A DNA stretch of 64,000 bases from Candidatus Kapaibacteriota bacterium (GCA_048594725.1 JBMDXA010000091.1:19970-83969); one strand, 5' to 3'. Counted from the first letter of the stretch, positions 1-10,503 are shown. Notes: a model not told the origin generated them from the sequence alone. Numbers and translations are program-made.

Positions 1-2927
1 GTGCCGCTGGAGTTATATTTCGCCAGCGCCATGTCGCGCCCTCCGGCGCTCGTCGCATACACCGTCCCGTACTGCACGGTGCCGGTGATGGTTCCCGCCA
101 CATAGACGTTCCCCGATCCATCGGTTCTCACGCCCCGCCCGTCGTCGCCATCGCTGCCGCCGTACGACGCGCTCCACTGCCCCGCCCCGCTGCTGTTGTA
201 CTTGCCGACGAATCCATCCTCCCCGCCGGCGCTTGCCAGCGCGGTGGTGGCGATCGTCGCGCTTCCCTTGAACTTTCCGGCCACATAGACGTTGCCGCTT
301 CCATCCACGGCTATGGCATTGGCCTCGTCGGCCTCGCTTCCTCCTCCCTTCTGTGCCCACTGCACCGCGCCGCTGGCGGCCGCATACTTGGCCGCGAAGA
401 TATCGGTGCTTCCGCTGGAGCTGAGAGAGGTGGAGCCGAAGGTGGCGGTATTGCTGAACAGACCGGCCACCACGGCGTTGCCGCTGGCATCCGCATCCAC
501 GCCGCGCGCCTGATCGCGTCCGGTGCCCCCTCCCTTCTGCGCCCACAGGAGCGTGCCGTCGGCATCGTAGCGTGCCACGAACAGATCCTGATCTCCCGCG
601 CTGGTCAGCGACGTGGAGCCGAAGGAGACCGTGGAGAAGAACCCGCCGGCCACCAGTACATTGTTGTTGGCATCGACGGCGACCGCGAGAGCCGAGTCGT
701 TGCCGGAGCCGGCGATCTGGCGTGCCCAGAGGAGCGAACCTCCGGGGGAGAATTTCGCCAGGAACGCATCGGTGGCGCCGGTCGCAGTAAGGGTGGTGCT
801 GCCGAACCGGATGGAGTCGTTGAATGTCCCTGCCACCAGCAGATTGCCTCGTGTATCGAGCGCGAGCGCGCGAGCCGCGTCTTCGCGGGGACCGCCGGCG
901 GCGCGTGCCCACTGCCAGCCCAGCGGGAGCGTGACGATGGAGAACGCCGCATCGCTGATGTCGGCGGTGGCGGAGTTCTCGCGGTCGCTGATGCGGATGC
1001 GCCCGCCGGAGGTGGCGATTGCCGGCACCGTCCAGTTGAGCGTTCCGCTTGCCGGGGTCACGTTCGTGGCTACGGTGCTCCAGGAGGCGCCGTCATCGGC
1101 GGAGAAGTCGATGCGGAGGCTGGAGATGGAACCGGAGAAGCTCCAGGTGATGGGGGTGACCGCTCCGGCCCTGAATGCGGTTGCGGTGTTCGGTCCCAGC
1201 AGGGTGAGCGTTCCGGAGGTGGATGCCACTACCTCGAACGGCCGTACCTGGGAATTGTTCGCCGGGAAGGCATCCGAGGCAAGCGTTATCGAGACGGTAG
1301 CGGAGTAGCGCGCGATCGAATCGATCGAGGTCTGCAGGAAGTTGACCGTGGTATACGCCCCTGCGGCCAGCGATGCGATGGTCTGGGAGTTCGTATACAC
1401 CTGGTTGCCGGAGCTGTCCCTGATAGTACAGGTTACCGACAGGGCCGACTGGGAACTGGTCCCGATATTCTTGAAGGTTGCCGATGGAGTGAACGCCGAC
1501 GATGTTGCCAGCCGCCCGCCCGGGGTGGGCACGTTGATCGTCGAGACCGCCACATCGTTGGCGGCGGAATTTTCCAGGAGGCTGATGCAGGATGCCATCT
1601 CCGCCTTGCTGCGAACCAGATCCGCAACGCGCGGGTGCATATACAGCTGGGTGCCGAACTGCGTCAGGTGGCAGTAGCTCATGATCGTTCCCACGCGCGG
1701 CCGCGTGGAGGAGAAGCAGGTCCCCTCGGCGGTGTAGCAGGAATCGATCGCCGGCTCCCACAGGCAGCTATGGGTGTGCGGGGAGCCGAAGTTGTGTCCC
1801 GTCTCGTGTGCGGTCACATCGGTATCCCACACGTAGGCCGTGGAGGGATAGGTGACGTTGTTGTTCATGCCGAGGACCGCGTAGCCGGTCGAGGAGGAAC
1901 AGAGCACGTTCACATAGGCGATGCCGCCGCCGATGGAGCTGGTGGACATCAGCTGCGCCACGGTGCGGCTGACGCCGTTCATATTGGCGTTCCAGTAGTT
2001 CCGGAACTGGCTCAGAAGAATGCTGCTGGTGGAGCCGGGGTAGGGATCGCCGCCGGTCCAGACACGGAGGTAGGGAACCTGAAGTGCCACATTGACGTCG
2101 CGCTGGTAGATCGCCGAAGCGGCCCCCATCACGGTCAGGGCGTAGTGCATCGCACGGGAGAGATTGCGGTTGTGCGCGGCATAGAAGGCGGAATCCCCTT
2201 CAAGAGCGATCTGCGCCACCAGCATATCGTTCCCCTGGACCCTGCGGGAACTCTTGCTGGAGCGTTTCGCTTCCTTGAAGACCTGATCCACCGCCGGCTG
2301 ATACTCCGGCAGATCCTCGGCGCCGCATCCCCAGTGTCCGGCGCCCCCGAGCATGCCGTTGCGCATAAGCGCATCGAACTCGTCATAGATCGCCATCGTC
2401 GCGCTCTGCCCGTCTTGAATCGACAGAGGAGCGATGGTATAGCGGCGGATGCCTTCGTTGCCGGAGGGGATCTCGATATAGCCGGTGCAGTAATCGCGGA
2501 AGAGCGCCAGGTAGACGAAGGAGCCGGGGATCTCCTTGACCGAGCCCGTGTAGAACAGGGCGCGCGGCAGATCCACGACGAGGTCTCCCTTGGCGGTTCC
2601 CGCAACAACGCGTGCGCCGGGGCTGAGGACGTCGAATCGTTTAAGGGCGAGGGTCCCCTGCTGCCGATTGTTCAATTGAACACGATCGACAAGAATCGTG
2701 GGGTGATTCGCGAGCGAAACCTGGTCGAATACGGCCGGGTTGATCGAAAAGAACGTTGCCGATGCCGGGATGGGCTTGTTGAACGATGGACGCCGTTCAG
2801 TGCGAAAAAGTTCGCCGAATGAAGCATCCCGGCTGATCGTTGCGATGTCCCTGGTAGTCTGCGAGCGCAGCACCCCTTGAGGTAAGGCAAGGGCAATTAG
2901 GGACAGTACGAGCAGTACATGTCTCAT
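1..2927 (-). CDS. Secreted metzincin-type zinc metalloprotease with SBBP-like beta-propeller repeats (N-terminal ~975 aa; C-terminus lies beyond the window start); paralog of 3482..7858
   Basis: Hand translation of the minus strand from ATG at 2927..2925 gives MRHVLLVLSLIALALPQGVLRSQ (signal peptide) and then a continuous frame to position 1. It contains HETGHNFGSPHTH (HExxHxxGxxH) plus a Met-turn (IMSYC), followed by repeated ...SAGGxDxF[LV]AKY... beta-propeller-like motifs. It aligns along its length with the 3482..7858 protein. It is absent from the ORF track because no stop codon falls inside the window. Track ORFs 13..912(-), 613..1308(+) and 1635..2822(+) are wrong-frame or antisense to it. 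Confidence 0.75.
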   Translation of the reverse strand, partial: MRHVLLVLSLIALALPQGVLRSQTTRDIATISRDASFGELFRTERRPSFNKPIPASATFFSINPAVFDQVSLANHPTILVDRVQLNNRQQGTLALKRFDVLSPGARVVAGTAKGDLVVDLPRALFYTGSVKEIPGSFVYLALFRDYCTGYIEIPSGNEGIRRYTIAPLSIQDGQSATMAIYDEFDALMRNGMLGGAGHWGCGAEDLPEYQPAVDQVFKEAKRSSKSSRRVQGNDMLVAQIALEGDSAFYAAHNRNLSRAMHYALTVMGAASAIYQRDVNVALQVPYLRVWTGGDPYPGSTSSILLSQFRNYWNANMNGVSRTVAQLMSTSSIGGGIAYVNVLCSSSTGYAVLGMNNNVTYPSTAYVWDTDVTAHETGHNFGSPHTHSCLWEPAIDSCYTAEGTCFSSTRPRVGTIMSYCHLTQFGTQLYMHPRVADLVRSKAEMASCISLLENSAANDVAVSTINVPTPGGRLATSSAFTPSATFKNIGTSSQSALSVTCTIRDSSGNQVYTNSQTIASLAAGAYTTVNFLQTSIDSIARYSATVSITLASDAFPANNSQVRPFEVVASTSGTLTLLGPNTATAFRAGAVTPITWSFSGSISSLRIDFSADDGASWSTVATNVTPASGTLNWTVPAIATSGGRIRISDRENSATADISDAAFSIVTLPLGWQWARAAGGPREDAARALALDTRGNLLVAGTFNDSIRFGSTTLTATGATDAFLAKFSPGGSLLWARQIAGSGNDSALAVAVDANNNVLVAGGFFSTVSFGSTSLTSAGDQDLFVARYDADGTLLWAQKGGGTGRDQARGVDADASGNAVVAGLFSNTATFGSTSLSSSGSTDIFAAKYAAASGAVQWAQKGGGSEADEANAIAVDGSGNVYVAGKFKGSATIATTALASAGGEDGFVGKYNSSGAGQWSASYGGSDGDDGRGVRTDGSGNVYVAGTITGTVQYGTVYATSAGGRDMALAKYNSSG

Positions 2928-3481
2928 AAATTGGGCTGGGATTTTCGGCTGCATTGCACAGCCAAGTGGTATGGGTTGGACCGTTTACTCAGGTGCTGAA
3001 ACAGGCGCCTGAATCGTTTCTCAAAAGACCGGACGAAACGGAAGTTTGAAGCTCGAGGAAACGAACCCCGGACGGGTGGAACTGCATATGCAAGCCTCTG
3101 GACAAGGTGCCGTATGCGTGCTTCAAGGATAAGGAAGCGATGTTCCCGCGGCAGCCGGCTTCTGGAAAACCGGCTGCTGTTCGGGGCAGGGCAAATATAT
3201 GCTCATGGTTATTGCGACGCATGAGTTTTTTTGCGTGCGATCCAGAAAATAACGTCGTGATTAAATGCGACCGGACGAGGGTGTTGTAAACAACTTTCAG
3301 GCCATACCGGGCTGAAGTATTTATGGCAATAGGTGAGATCATCGGCCTGAATATCCTCCGTTTCTTATGGTTCGCACATGCAGGGAGGCCTGGGGTGGGG
3401 GCCATGCAATGGCAGAGGTGATAGGGATGGCAGGCAGGGTATCCGGCCATCCCTATTTCTATCATGTTCCGGCCACGATGC

Positions 3482-6400
3482 TTATTGCTTCACGACCTTC
3501 TGATTCCACACGGTTTTTCCCGCATGAATTTCCAGCAGGTAAATGCCGGACGGCAAGCTGGTGATATCCATTTCTCTCCGATATGTGCCGCGCGCATGAA
3601 TCTCGCCGGCACGCAATACTTCGCGTCCCGCCATATCGCGTACGATAAGCCGTAGCTCGCCCGGTTCCGGCAGCTCCAGTTCCACCATGAAAGTGCCCAT
3701 GGTTGGGTTCGGCTGGAGTACGGGGACCGATTCGGCGATGCGGGATGATCCGGTGACACCGGAAGCTATTCGGACGGGAAGTGGATCGGATAAAACAGAG
3801 CAGCCAGTGCCGCTGAACACCATAACGGTATAAGCGCCATCAAGGTTAGCAGTGAAGCTGCGCTCGGTTGCTCCGGCTATCTCCTCTCCGTTGCGGAACC
3901 ACTGGTAGGATTCCCCTTCCACCGAGGAGCTGAGAATCAGGGTGGCCGGCTGGCGGATCACCTCCGGCCTTGCCGGTGCGGCATAGACCTGGGCGGTGTT
4001 GGAGGGGAACGATTCACGCTGGTTGACCAGCGCACGCACGTGGTAGAAATAGTCGGTGCAGAGGGTTACCGAGCCGTCGGTGTATTCCAGCACCTCCTTC
4101 TCGACCGTGGCGATACGGGTCACCTCTTCGCCGTTCATCCCCCGGTACAGCGCATAGCCGGTGATCTCCTGGCTTGAGGAGGGCTCCCAGATAAGATGTG
4201 CTGCCCCGTGCAGTGCCGATCCGCGCAGATTGACCGCTGGCGCCACCGTGGCCGAGGAGGAGCTTATCACCGCAAAGGTGCCGCTCTGCGCCTCGCCGTA
4301 GATCGATGGATTATCCGCATCGGTAACACGGATCAGACCCTGCACGCAGGGGGTATCCGGCGTCCAGTTATACACCCCGTTGTTGGGGGCGGTGCCGGCC
4401 AGGGTGGTCCAGCTGGTGCCGTTGTCGCCCGAATATTCTATCCGGACGTTGTTGGCTGTGGTGCCGGTCCAGGTGATGTTCCTGGGCGTTCCGGCCATCA
4501 GCAGCTCCCCTTCCGACGGGGTTACCGTCTTGAACATGCCGATACGTGCCACCATGCCGTCGTTCATGCCTGCGCCGCTCAGCCTGTCCTCCCCGTAGAT
4601 GCTCGGCTGGTCCGAGGGGGGAGCAAAGCCGTAGCGTCCCACCACAAAGCCGTTCTCGCCGCTGGCGGCAATGGCAATGCCTCCCGCCTCCTCGTCTCGT
4701 GCTCCGCCCCCGCGCCGGGCCCACTGCACCAGCCCGTCGGTGCCATACTTGGCGAAGAAGATATCGCTGCCGCCACTGCTGCTCAGCTCCAGCTGGGCGA
4801 TGGTGAACTGGTTGCGGAACGTTCCGGCCACATAGCAGTTGCCGAACGCGTCGATGGCGAGCTCGGTGGCCGCATCATCGCCGCTGCCGCCGGCGGTGCG
4901 TGCCCACTGCACGGTGCCCACCGCATTGTAGCGGGCGATGAACATATCGCGCCCGCCGCTGCTGCTGGCGAAGAAGTTGCCGAAGTTCACGGTGCCAGCG
5001 AGCGATCCGCTCATCGTGGCGTTCCCGGTCCTGTCCGCCACCACCGCCGAGGCCTCATCGTTCTCGGGACCCCCTGCAACCGCGCCCCACGCCGTGGTGC
5101 CGTTCGCGTTGAACTTCGCCAGGAACGCATCGCTTCCGCCTGCGCTCGTGATGGTTCCCGATCCCACGCTCATCGAGCTACGGAACCGGCCCGCCACATA
5201 GCTGCCGCCGTAGCTATCTGTCGCGATGCCGTTGCCGGCATCATCCTCGGCGCCTCCAAGACGGGCACTCCACGCGAGGGCTCCTGCCGGGGCGTAGCGG
5301 ACCACGAAGATGTCGGTGCCCCCGGCGGAGACCAGGCTGCTGGTGCCGAACGAGGCGTTTCCGGTGAACATGCCGGTGGCAAGCACATTGCCGTTGGTAT
5401 CCACGGCCACGCCATAGGCCATATCGGCGGAGCCGCCGCCGCCACGCTGCCCCCAGAGCGGGTTCCCGTTCGGATCATACTTCGCGATAAAGGCATCGGT
5501 GCCGCCGGCGCTGGTAAGCGCTGTGGAGCCGATGGTAATGCTGCTGGAGAATCCGCCGGCCAGATGAACGTTCCCCACGCCATCCAGTGCTATTGCCGTT
5601 GCGCTGTCGGGGCCGATGCCGCCGATCTGGCGCGCCCACTGGAGCGTTCCGCCGGCGTTGTACTTCGCCAGATAGACATCGGTGCTTCCCCGGCTGGACA
5701 TCCGCGTGGCGCCAAGGCGTATCGAATCGGAGAAGGTGCCGGTGATATAGACGTTATCGTCGCGGTCGATCGCCACTCCGCGCGCCTCATCCTCCATCCT
5801 TCCCCCTATCGATCGTGCCCACTGCCACTCCAGCGGCAGCGTAACGACGGTAAAGGCCTGATCGCTCTGATCGGCCACCGAGGCGTTATCGCGATCGCTG
5901 ATCCTGATCCGCCCGCGCGTGGTTGCCACCGCCGGTACCGTCCAGGTATAGATCTTCCCTCCGGTGTTCGCCGTCAGCTCGGTCTTCACCGTCTGCCAGG
6001 TCATCCCGTCGTCGGCGGAGAAATCGATCCGCAGAGCGGTGATGGTGCCGGTGTAGTTCCAGGCGATCGTCGCGGTGCTGCCGGAACGGAGCACCGTGAA
6101 ATCGTTCGGGGCAAGGAGTGTGATGGACGCGGCCGAGCTTGCCACGGTCTCGAACGGCCGGGCCAGCGTGTTGTTCTGCGGATTCGCATCGGTGAGGGGC
6201 GTTATCGTAACCGTGGCGTTGCAGCGGGCCACGGCCTGGATGGAGGTGGATGCGAAGGTCACCGTAACCGATTCGCCAGGCTGCAGAACCGGAATCGTCC
6301 GGGTATTGTCGTAGAGCTTGGCGCCGGCGCTGTCGCGGATCACGAAGGTGACCGGGACCAGAAGCTGTACCACGGTGCCGGTGTTCCTGAAGCTTGCCGT

Positions 6401-7858
6401 GGGGGTGAACTGCGTGTTGGTAACCACCTTGCCGCCGGGGACCGGAACGGTGATGCCGATGGCCGCAACATCGTGGGTCACCGGGTTCTCCAGCGGCACC
6501 ACGCAGGGAAACGCCTCCGCCTTGCTTCTGATGAGCGCGGCCACGCGGGGGTGGAAATACAGCTGGGTGCCGAACTGCGTAAGATGGCAGTAGCTCATGA
6601 TGCTTCCCACGCGGGGCTTGGTGGAGCTGAAGCAATTGCCGCTCTCGGCCGCGTAGCAGGAGTCGATCGCCGGTGCCCAGGCGCAGCTATGGGTATGTGC
6701 CGAGCCGAAGTTGTGCCCCAGTTCGTGCGAGACCACATCGACATCCCATGCATAGGATGTGCTCGGAAAGACTATGTTATTACCCAGGCCGATGGCCGCA
6801 TAGCCCGATGCCGGGGCGCACAGCGTGTTGACATAGGCGATGCCGCCGCCGATCGACTTGGTGGAGAAGAGATGGGCTACCGCTCTGTTGACCGTGCCCA
6901 TGTTGTTCGCCCAGTAGGTGCGCATCTGCCCGAGAAGCGTGCTGCTGGTGGTGCCGGGATAGGGATCGGAGCCGGTCCAGACGCGCAGGTACGACACCTG
7001 GAGGGCGACGTTGAGATCGCGCTGGTAGATGGCCGATACCGCCCCGGTCACCGTCAGTGCGTACGTGACCGAGCGTGCAAGGCTGCGTCCGTGCGCCGCG
7101 TAATACTCCGCATCGCAATCGATCGCCATCTGCGCCACCAGCGGTTTGTTGCCCTGGAGGCTTTTCTCCGCCTCTGTCAGACGGCCGTATTCCTTGAACG
7201 AGCGCATAATCCCCTGCTCGTACTCCGGCAGCTCCTCGGCGCCGCACTCCCAGTGCCAGGGGCTCTGCCCGGTCTTCCTCTCGGCCGCCTGGAGCGCCTC
7301 GCGCTCGTTGTATGCCACCATCACCGACGGCGTCCCCTCGTTGATGCTCAGGGGCGCGAACGTGATGCGGCGGGAGGTGCCGTCATCGGAGACGGGGCGA
7401 TCGATATAGCCGGAGCAGTAGTCGCGGAAGACTGCCAGGTAGACGAAGGAGCCCGGAAGTTCGGCCACGGTACCGCTCAGGAAGATGCTCTGGGGGAGTT
7501 CGGCCGGACGATCGCCCGTCTGCGTGCCGGCTACTACTGCGCCGCCCGGGGCCAGTACATTGAAGCGGCGGAGCTGGAACGTCCCGGTGGTGCCGCCGGG
7601 GAGCCGCACCCCTTCCAGGGTGACGGAGGTACCCGGCAGCTCTGCAAGGCGCTCGAACGCGGCGGGATCGATTCGGAAGAATGCTGATGACGGAGGGATT
7701 TCATCCCCTCTCTGTGCGGGCGCTCCCGGATGTGCGGTGAACAGTCCGTTGAAAGACGTTGCACCATCGGACGACCGTGGATCGTTCTGCTGCGCATGGG
7801 CGGAATGCAACAGCATGAATGCACTCAGTACTATACCAAGTAGCCAGGTATATCTCAT
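3482..7858 (-). CDS. T9SS-sorted secreted multidomain metzincin zinc metalloprotease (signal peptide, propeptide-like region, HExxHxxGxxH catalytic domain, Ig/Fn3-like modules, ~8 SBBP-type beta-propeller repeats, C-terminal T9SS sorting domain)
   Basis: 1458-aa ORF starting MRYTWLLGIVLSAFMLLHSAHAQ (signal peptide). It carries HELGHNFGSAHTH and a Met-turn (SIMSYC). Repeats of the form GGxxxDxAxGIAxDxxGNxYVAG / SAGGSDAFLAKFNANG recur about 8 times. The C-terminus (...NPTMGTFMVELELPEPGELRLIVRDMAGREVL...GIYLLEIHAGKTVWNQKVVKQ) is a type-A T9SS sorting domain. Confidence 0.9.
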   Translation of the reverse strand: MRYTWLLGIVLSAFMLLHSAHAQQNDPRSSDGATSFNGLFTAHPGAPAQRGDEIPPSSAFFRIDPAAFERLAELPGTSVTLEGVRLPGGTTGTFQLRRFNVLAPGGAVVAGTQTGDRPAELPQSIFLSGTVAELPGSFVYLAVFRDYCSGYIDRPVSDDGTSRRITFAPLSINEGTPSVMVAYNEREALQAAERKTGQSPWHWECGAEELPEYEQGIMRSFKEYGRLTEAEKSLQGNKPLVAQMAIDCDAEYYAAHGRSLARSVTYALTVTGAVSAIYQRDLNVALQVSYLRVWTGSDPYPGTTSSTLLGQMRTYWANNMGTVNRAVAHLFSTKSIGGGIAYVNTLCAPASGYAAIGLGNNIVFPSTSYAWDVDVVSHELGHNFGSAHTHSCAWAPAIDSCYAAESGNCFSSTKPRVGSIMSYCHLTQFGTQLYFHPRVAALIRSKAEAFPCVVPLENPVTHDVAAIGITVPVPGGKVVTNTQFTPTASFRNTGTVVQLLVPVTFVIRDSAGAKLYDNTRTIPVLQPGESVTVTFASTSIQAVARCNATVTITPLTDANPQNNTLARPFETVASSAASITLLAPNDFTVLRSGSTATIAWNYTGTITALRIDFSADDGMTWQTVKTELTANTGGKIYTWTVPAVATTRGRIRISDRDNASVADQSDQAFTVVTLPLEWQWARSIGGRMEDEARGVAIDRDDNVYITGTFSDSIRLGATRMSSRGSTDVYLAKYNAGGTLQWARQIGGIGPDSATAIALDGVGNVHLAGGFSSSITIGSTALTSAGGTDAFIAKYDPNGNPLWGQRGGGGSADMAYGVAVDTNGNVLATGMFTGNASFGTSSLVSAGGTDIFVVRYAPAGALAWSARLGGAEDDAGNGIATDSYGGSYVAGRFRSSMSVGSGTITSAGGSDAFLAKFNANGTTAWGAVAGGPENDEASAVVADRTGNATMSGSLAGTVNFGNFFASSSGGRDMFIARYNAVGTVQWARTAGGSGDDAATELAIDAFGNCYVAGTFRNQFTIAQLELSSSGGSDIFFAKYGTDGLVQWARRGGGARDEEAGGIAIAASGENGFVVGRYGFAPPSDQPSIYGEDRLSGAGMNDGMVARIGMFKTVTPSEGELLMAGTPRNITWTGTTANNVRIEYSGDNGTSWTTLAGTAPNNGVYNWTPDTPCVQGLIRVTDADNPSIYGEAQSGTFAVISSSSATVAPAVNLRGSALHGAAHLIWEPSSSQEITGYALYRGMNGEEVTRIATVEKEVLEYTDGSVTLCTDYFYHVRALVNQRESFPSNTAQVYAAPARPEVIRQPATLILSSSVEGESYQWFRNGEEIAGATERSFTANLDGAYTVMVFSGTGCSVLSDPLPVRIASGVTGSSRIAESVPVLQPNPTMGTFMVELELPEPGELRLIVRDMAGREVLRAGEIHARGTYRREMDITSLPSGIYLLEIHAGKTVWNQKVVKQ

Positions 7859-8553
7859 AGTCTACGCGATGTTATAGTCGCTTTCTGCGACTTGTGGGAG
7901 TGTGCGGCCGGCGAGCGTTAGGGCAGGGAAATGCCCATGCGCCCAAGTAGATGGGCGTTGGCGGAGAACCCGAGCTGGATACTGACAGTGAGGTTTCTCC
8001 GGATCAGTGAACGCTCAGAGCGCCTGGACCTGTGGTAGTCGTATAGCGGCGTCAGCTCCGGGGATGAAGCTAGGGGGGAAAGCACTGATCAAACGGCCTG
8101 TTGCAAGCCTCGTTGTAAGGAGTGTCCTAAATAACGACACACCCGGAGCAACCTGCAAGCAGAATTTTATCGTTTGATTGAGCATCCCGAAAAAACATCT
8201 GAAAGGAAGGTTCGCCCCGAAAATGTTCTGGGCGAAAGAAAGAAAAACAACGGCGCCGGAGACGATGCCGGCGGCGTCCTTATTGTACGGTGCCGGAGGG
8301 TGATGGCGCGGGGGCGGTAGAGCCTGGTATTGAATTTTCGCTGATTTCGCCGTTTTTCAATCGGGCATGCTCTGCGGTGGCGCACCCTGGCCGGAAGGGG
8401 CGCGGCGCCCGGTGCGGGAGTTGCGGGGCGATGAATTCCTCTGAAATTGCAGTAATGAGCTGTTGTGCTCCGTGCGGTGGCGGGGTAAAAAAATCCTTAC
8501 ACTCCGGCGCTGCCGTCATCCCTGCGGGGAATTTTATCAATCCGAATTATCGC

Positions 8554-9456
8554 ATGGGAAATATTCTGCTCCTGGGGGTCTGTTTTCTGCTCGGAATTAT
8601 CCTCCGCCGTAGCGGCCGGTTCCCGGCCGATGCTCCCCGGACGCTCAATGCGTTCATCATCAATATCTCCCTGCCGGCACTGGTGCTGCTCCATATCCAC
8701 GATCTACGGTTCGATAGCGGGCTGCTCCTGGTTCCGCTGATGCCCTGGATAGTGTTCGGCGCCGGCGCCCTTTTTTTTCTCGGAATCGGCCGCTTGCTCC
8801 GGTTGCCGCCTGCCAGCATCGGATGCCTGATGCTGGTGGGAGGGCTCGGCAATACCTCGTTCGTGGGACTGCCGATGATCGAGGCATTCTACGGGCACGA
8901 CGCCATCGGGATCGGCATCCTCGCCGACCAGCCGGGGAGCTTTCTGATACTGGCTACGGCCGGGCTCGCTCTGGCGGCGCACTATTCCTCCGGGGGCAAC
9001 GGCGGGGACCATATGGTCCGCCGCGTTCTCCGGTTTCCGCCGTTTCTGGCGATGCTCCTCGCCGCCGCCCTGATTCCGTTCCCCTATCCGGAGCCGGCCC
9101 GTTTCCTGCTCGGGCGGGTGGGCGATACGCTGGCCCCTCTGGCCCTGGTATCGGTGGGGATGCAGCTGAAGGTCTCGCATCTGAAAGGTTCCGCCCGGAA
9201 ACTCGCGCCGGGGCTCCTGTTCAAGATGGTGCTGGCTCCCGCGCTGATCCTTCTGCTGTACGGTACCATTCTCGGCCAGCATGGCCTTGCAATGCAGGTG
9301 ACGGTGTTCGAGGCCGCCATGCCCCCGATGATTACCGGCGGCATCGTTGCGATGGAGCACGATCTGGACCCCCCGCTGGCGGCTCTCATGATCGGCATCG
9401 GCATACCTCTGGCGTTTCTTCTGCTGCCGCTCTGGTGGGCCGTGATGAGAGGGTAG
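8554..9456 (+). CDS. AEC-family (auxin efflux carrier / malate permease-like) membrane transporter
   Basis: Internal ATG (MGNILLLGVCFLLGIILRRSG...) of track ORF 8290..9456. The protein is about 300 aa and hydrophobic, with the typical AEC layout (two 5-TM halves with conserved Pro/Gly-rich loops). The upstream part of the track ORF is Arg/Cys-rich junk. Confidence 0.75.
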   Translation: MGNILLLGVCFLLGIILRRSGRFPADAPRTLNAFIINISLPALVLLHIHDLRFDSGLLLVPLMPWIVFGAGALFFLGIGRLLRLPPASIGCLMLVGGLGNTSFVGLPMIEAFYGHDAIGIGILADQPGSFLILATAGLALAAHYSSGGNGGDHMVRRVLRFPPFLAMLLAAALIPFPYPEPARFLLGRVGDTLAPLALVSVGMQLKVSHLKGSARKLAPGLLFKMVLAPALILLLYGTILGQHGLAMQVTVFEAAMPPMITGGIVAMEHDLDPPLAALMIGIGIPLAFLLLPLWWAVMRG

Positions 9457-9711
9457 CCGGTGATGTCCGGAGCGGAGCGACAGGCAGGACGGGGAGTGGC
9501 CGGCGGCAGGTCCGGCGGCTGTGGGGAGCTCGTGGCGGGGAGCGGGACACGGAACCATCCGATCACCATACCGCATTCTCCCGGACTTCTCGGCCCCCCG
9601 ATTTCCCGGCTTGCGGTGAAACCGATCGTTGCTCGTATCTTGCAGGCTATATTCAAAAACGCTGCTGAACCAACGCGCGCTTTTCCTATACACTCTTACA
9701 GCACACATTCC

Positions 9712-10470
9712 ATGAAAGCATTTCTTATGCTGGCACTCGGTCTGGTCCTGGTCTCATGCCAGGAACAGGCGGGGGGCAGCGGCTCCACCACCCTGAAGTC
9801 CAACGATGACAGTGTCAGTTACAGCATCGGCCTCAGCATCGGCAAGAGCAGTCTGCAGGATTCGCTCAACCTCAACCCCGATCTGCTCGCCGCCGGTATC
9901 CGCGATGCGGTTGCCAGCAAGCCGATGCTCACCGATTCGCAGACCCAGAACGTGATGAACGGGTTCAACCAGCGAATGATGGAAAAGCAGCAGGCCAAGA
10001 TGATGCAGATGCAGGATAGCATGCGCAAGGCCGGCGAAGGAAACAAGTCGGCCGGCGAGAAGTTCCTGGCCGAGAACAAGGCAAAGCCGGGCGTGGTAAC
10101 CCTCCCGAGCGGCCTCCAGTACCAGGTCATCACCGAGGGCACCGGCCCCATGCCGAAGTCCACCGACGAGGTGAAGGTGCACTATCGCGGCACCACCATC
10201 GACGGAACCGTCTTCGACAGCTCCATCGATCGCGGCGAGCCGGTGACGTTCGGCGTAACCGGCGTCATCCCCGGCTGGAGCGAGGCGCTTCAGCTGATGA
10301 AGGTGGGCTCCAAGTGGAAGCTCTTCATCCCGGCCGAGCTCGCATACGGCGCCAATCCTCCCGACCAGAAGATCGGCCCGAACTCGGTGCTGCTGTTCGA
10401 TGTGGAGTTGCTGGAGATCGTGAAGAAGGGGGCCAACAACCTTTCCACGCCGAACCCCGGCAGCAAGTAA
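9712..10470 (+). CDS. FKBP-type peptidyl-prolyl cis-trans isomerase (FkpA/Mip-like), lipoprotein
   Basis: MKAFLMLALGLVLVSC (lipoprotein signal + Cys), an N-terminal dimerisation helix region, and a C-terminal FKBP domain (...VHYRGTTIDGTVFDSS...GVIPGWSEALQLMKVGSKWKLFIPAELAYG...). Confidence 0.85.
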   Translation: MKAFLMLALGLVLVSCQEQAGGSGSTTLKSNDDSVSYSIGLSIGKSSLQDSLNLNPDLLAAGIRDAVASKPMLTDSQTQNVMNGFNQRMMEKQQAKMMQMQDSMRKAGEGNKSAGEKFLAENKAKPGVVTLPSGLQYQVITEGTGPMPKSTDEVKVHYRGTTIDGTVFDSSIDRGEPVTFGVTGVIPGWSEALQLMKVGSKWKLFIPAELAYGANPPDQKIGPNSVLLFDVELLEIVKKGANNLSTPNPGSK

Positions 10471-10503
10471 GGTCCGGCAGTAGCAAGCGACATGCGGCAC
10501 TTC

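Noticed and set aside
2928-3481. Small ORFs 3107..3289(+), 2989..3465(-), 3367..3564(+) and 3464..3655(+) in the spacer between the two protease paralogs
   Set aside because: They are short, overlap one another and lie in a lower-GC intergenic spacer. They have no motifs and no start context. The region more likely holds the promoter of copy 1 and the terminator of copy 2.
4196-7687. 1163-aa plus-strand ORF, similar to 1635..2822(+) and 613..1308(+)
   Set aside because: It is antisense to the T9SS metalloprotease gene. The translation is Arg/Gly/Ala/His-rich with no motifs. Its similarity to the other plus-strand ORFs exists only because they are antisense to paralogous genes. It is a typical GC-rich-genome artefact.
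8290-8553. 5' extension of the AEC transporter ORF (MPEGDGAGAVEPG...CGSCGAMNSSEIAVMSCCAPCGGG)
   Set aside because: This segment is Cys/Gly/Arg-rich and non-hydrophobic, unlike the transporter body. The internal ATG at 8554 gives a normal-length AEC protein, so the upstream part is treated as non-coding leader.
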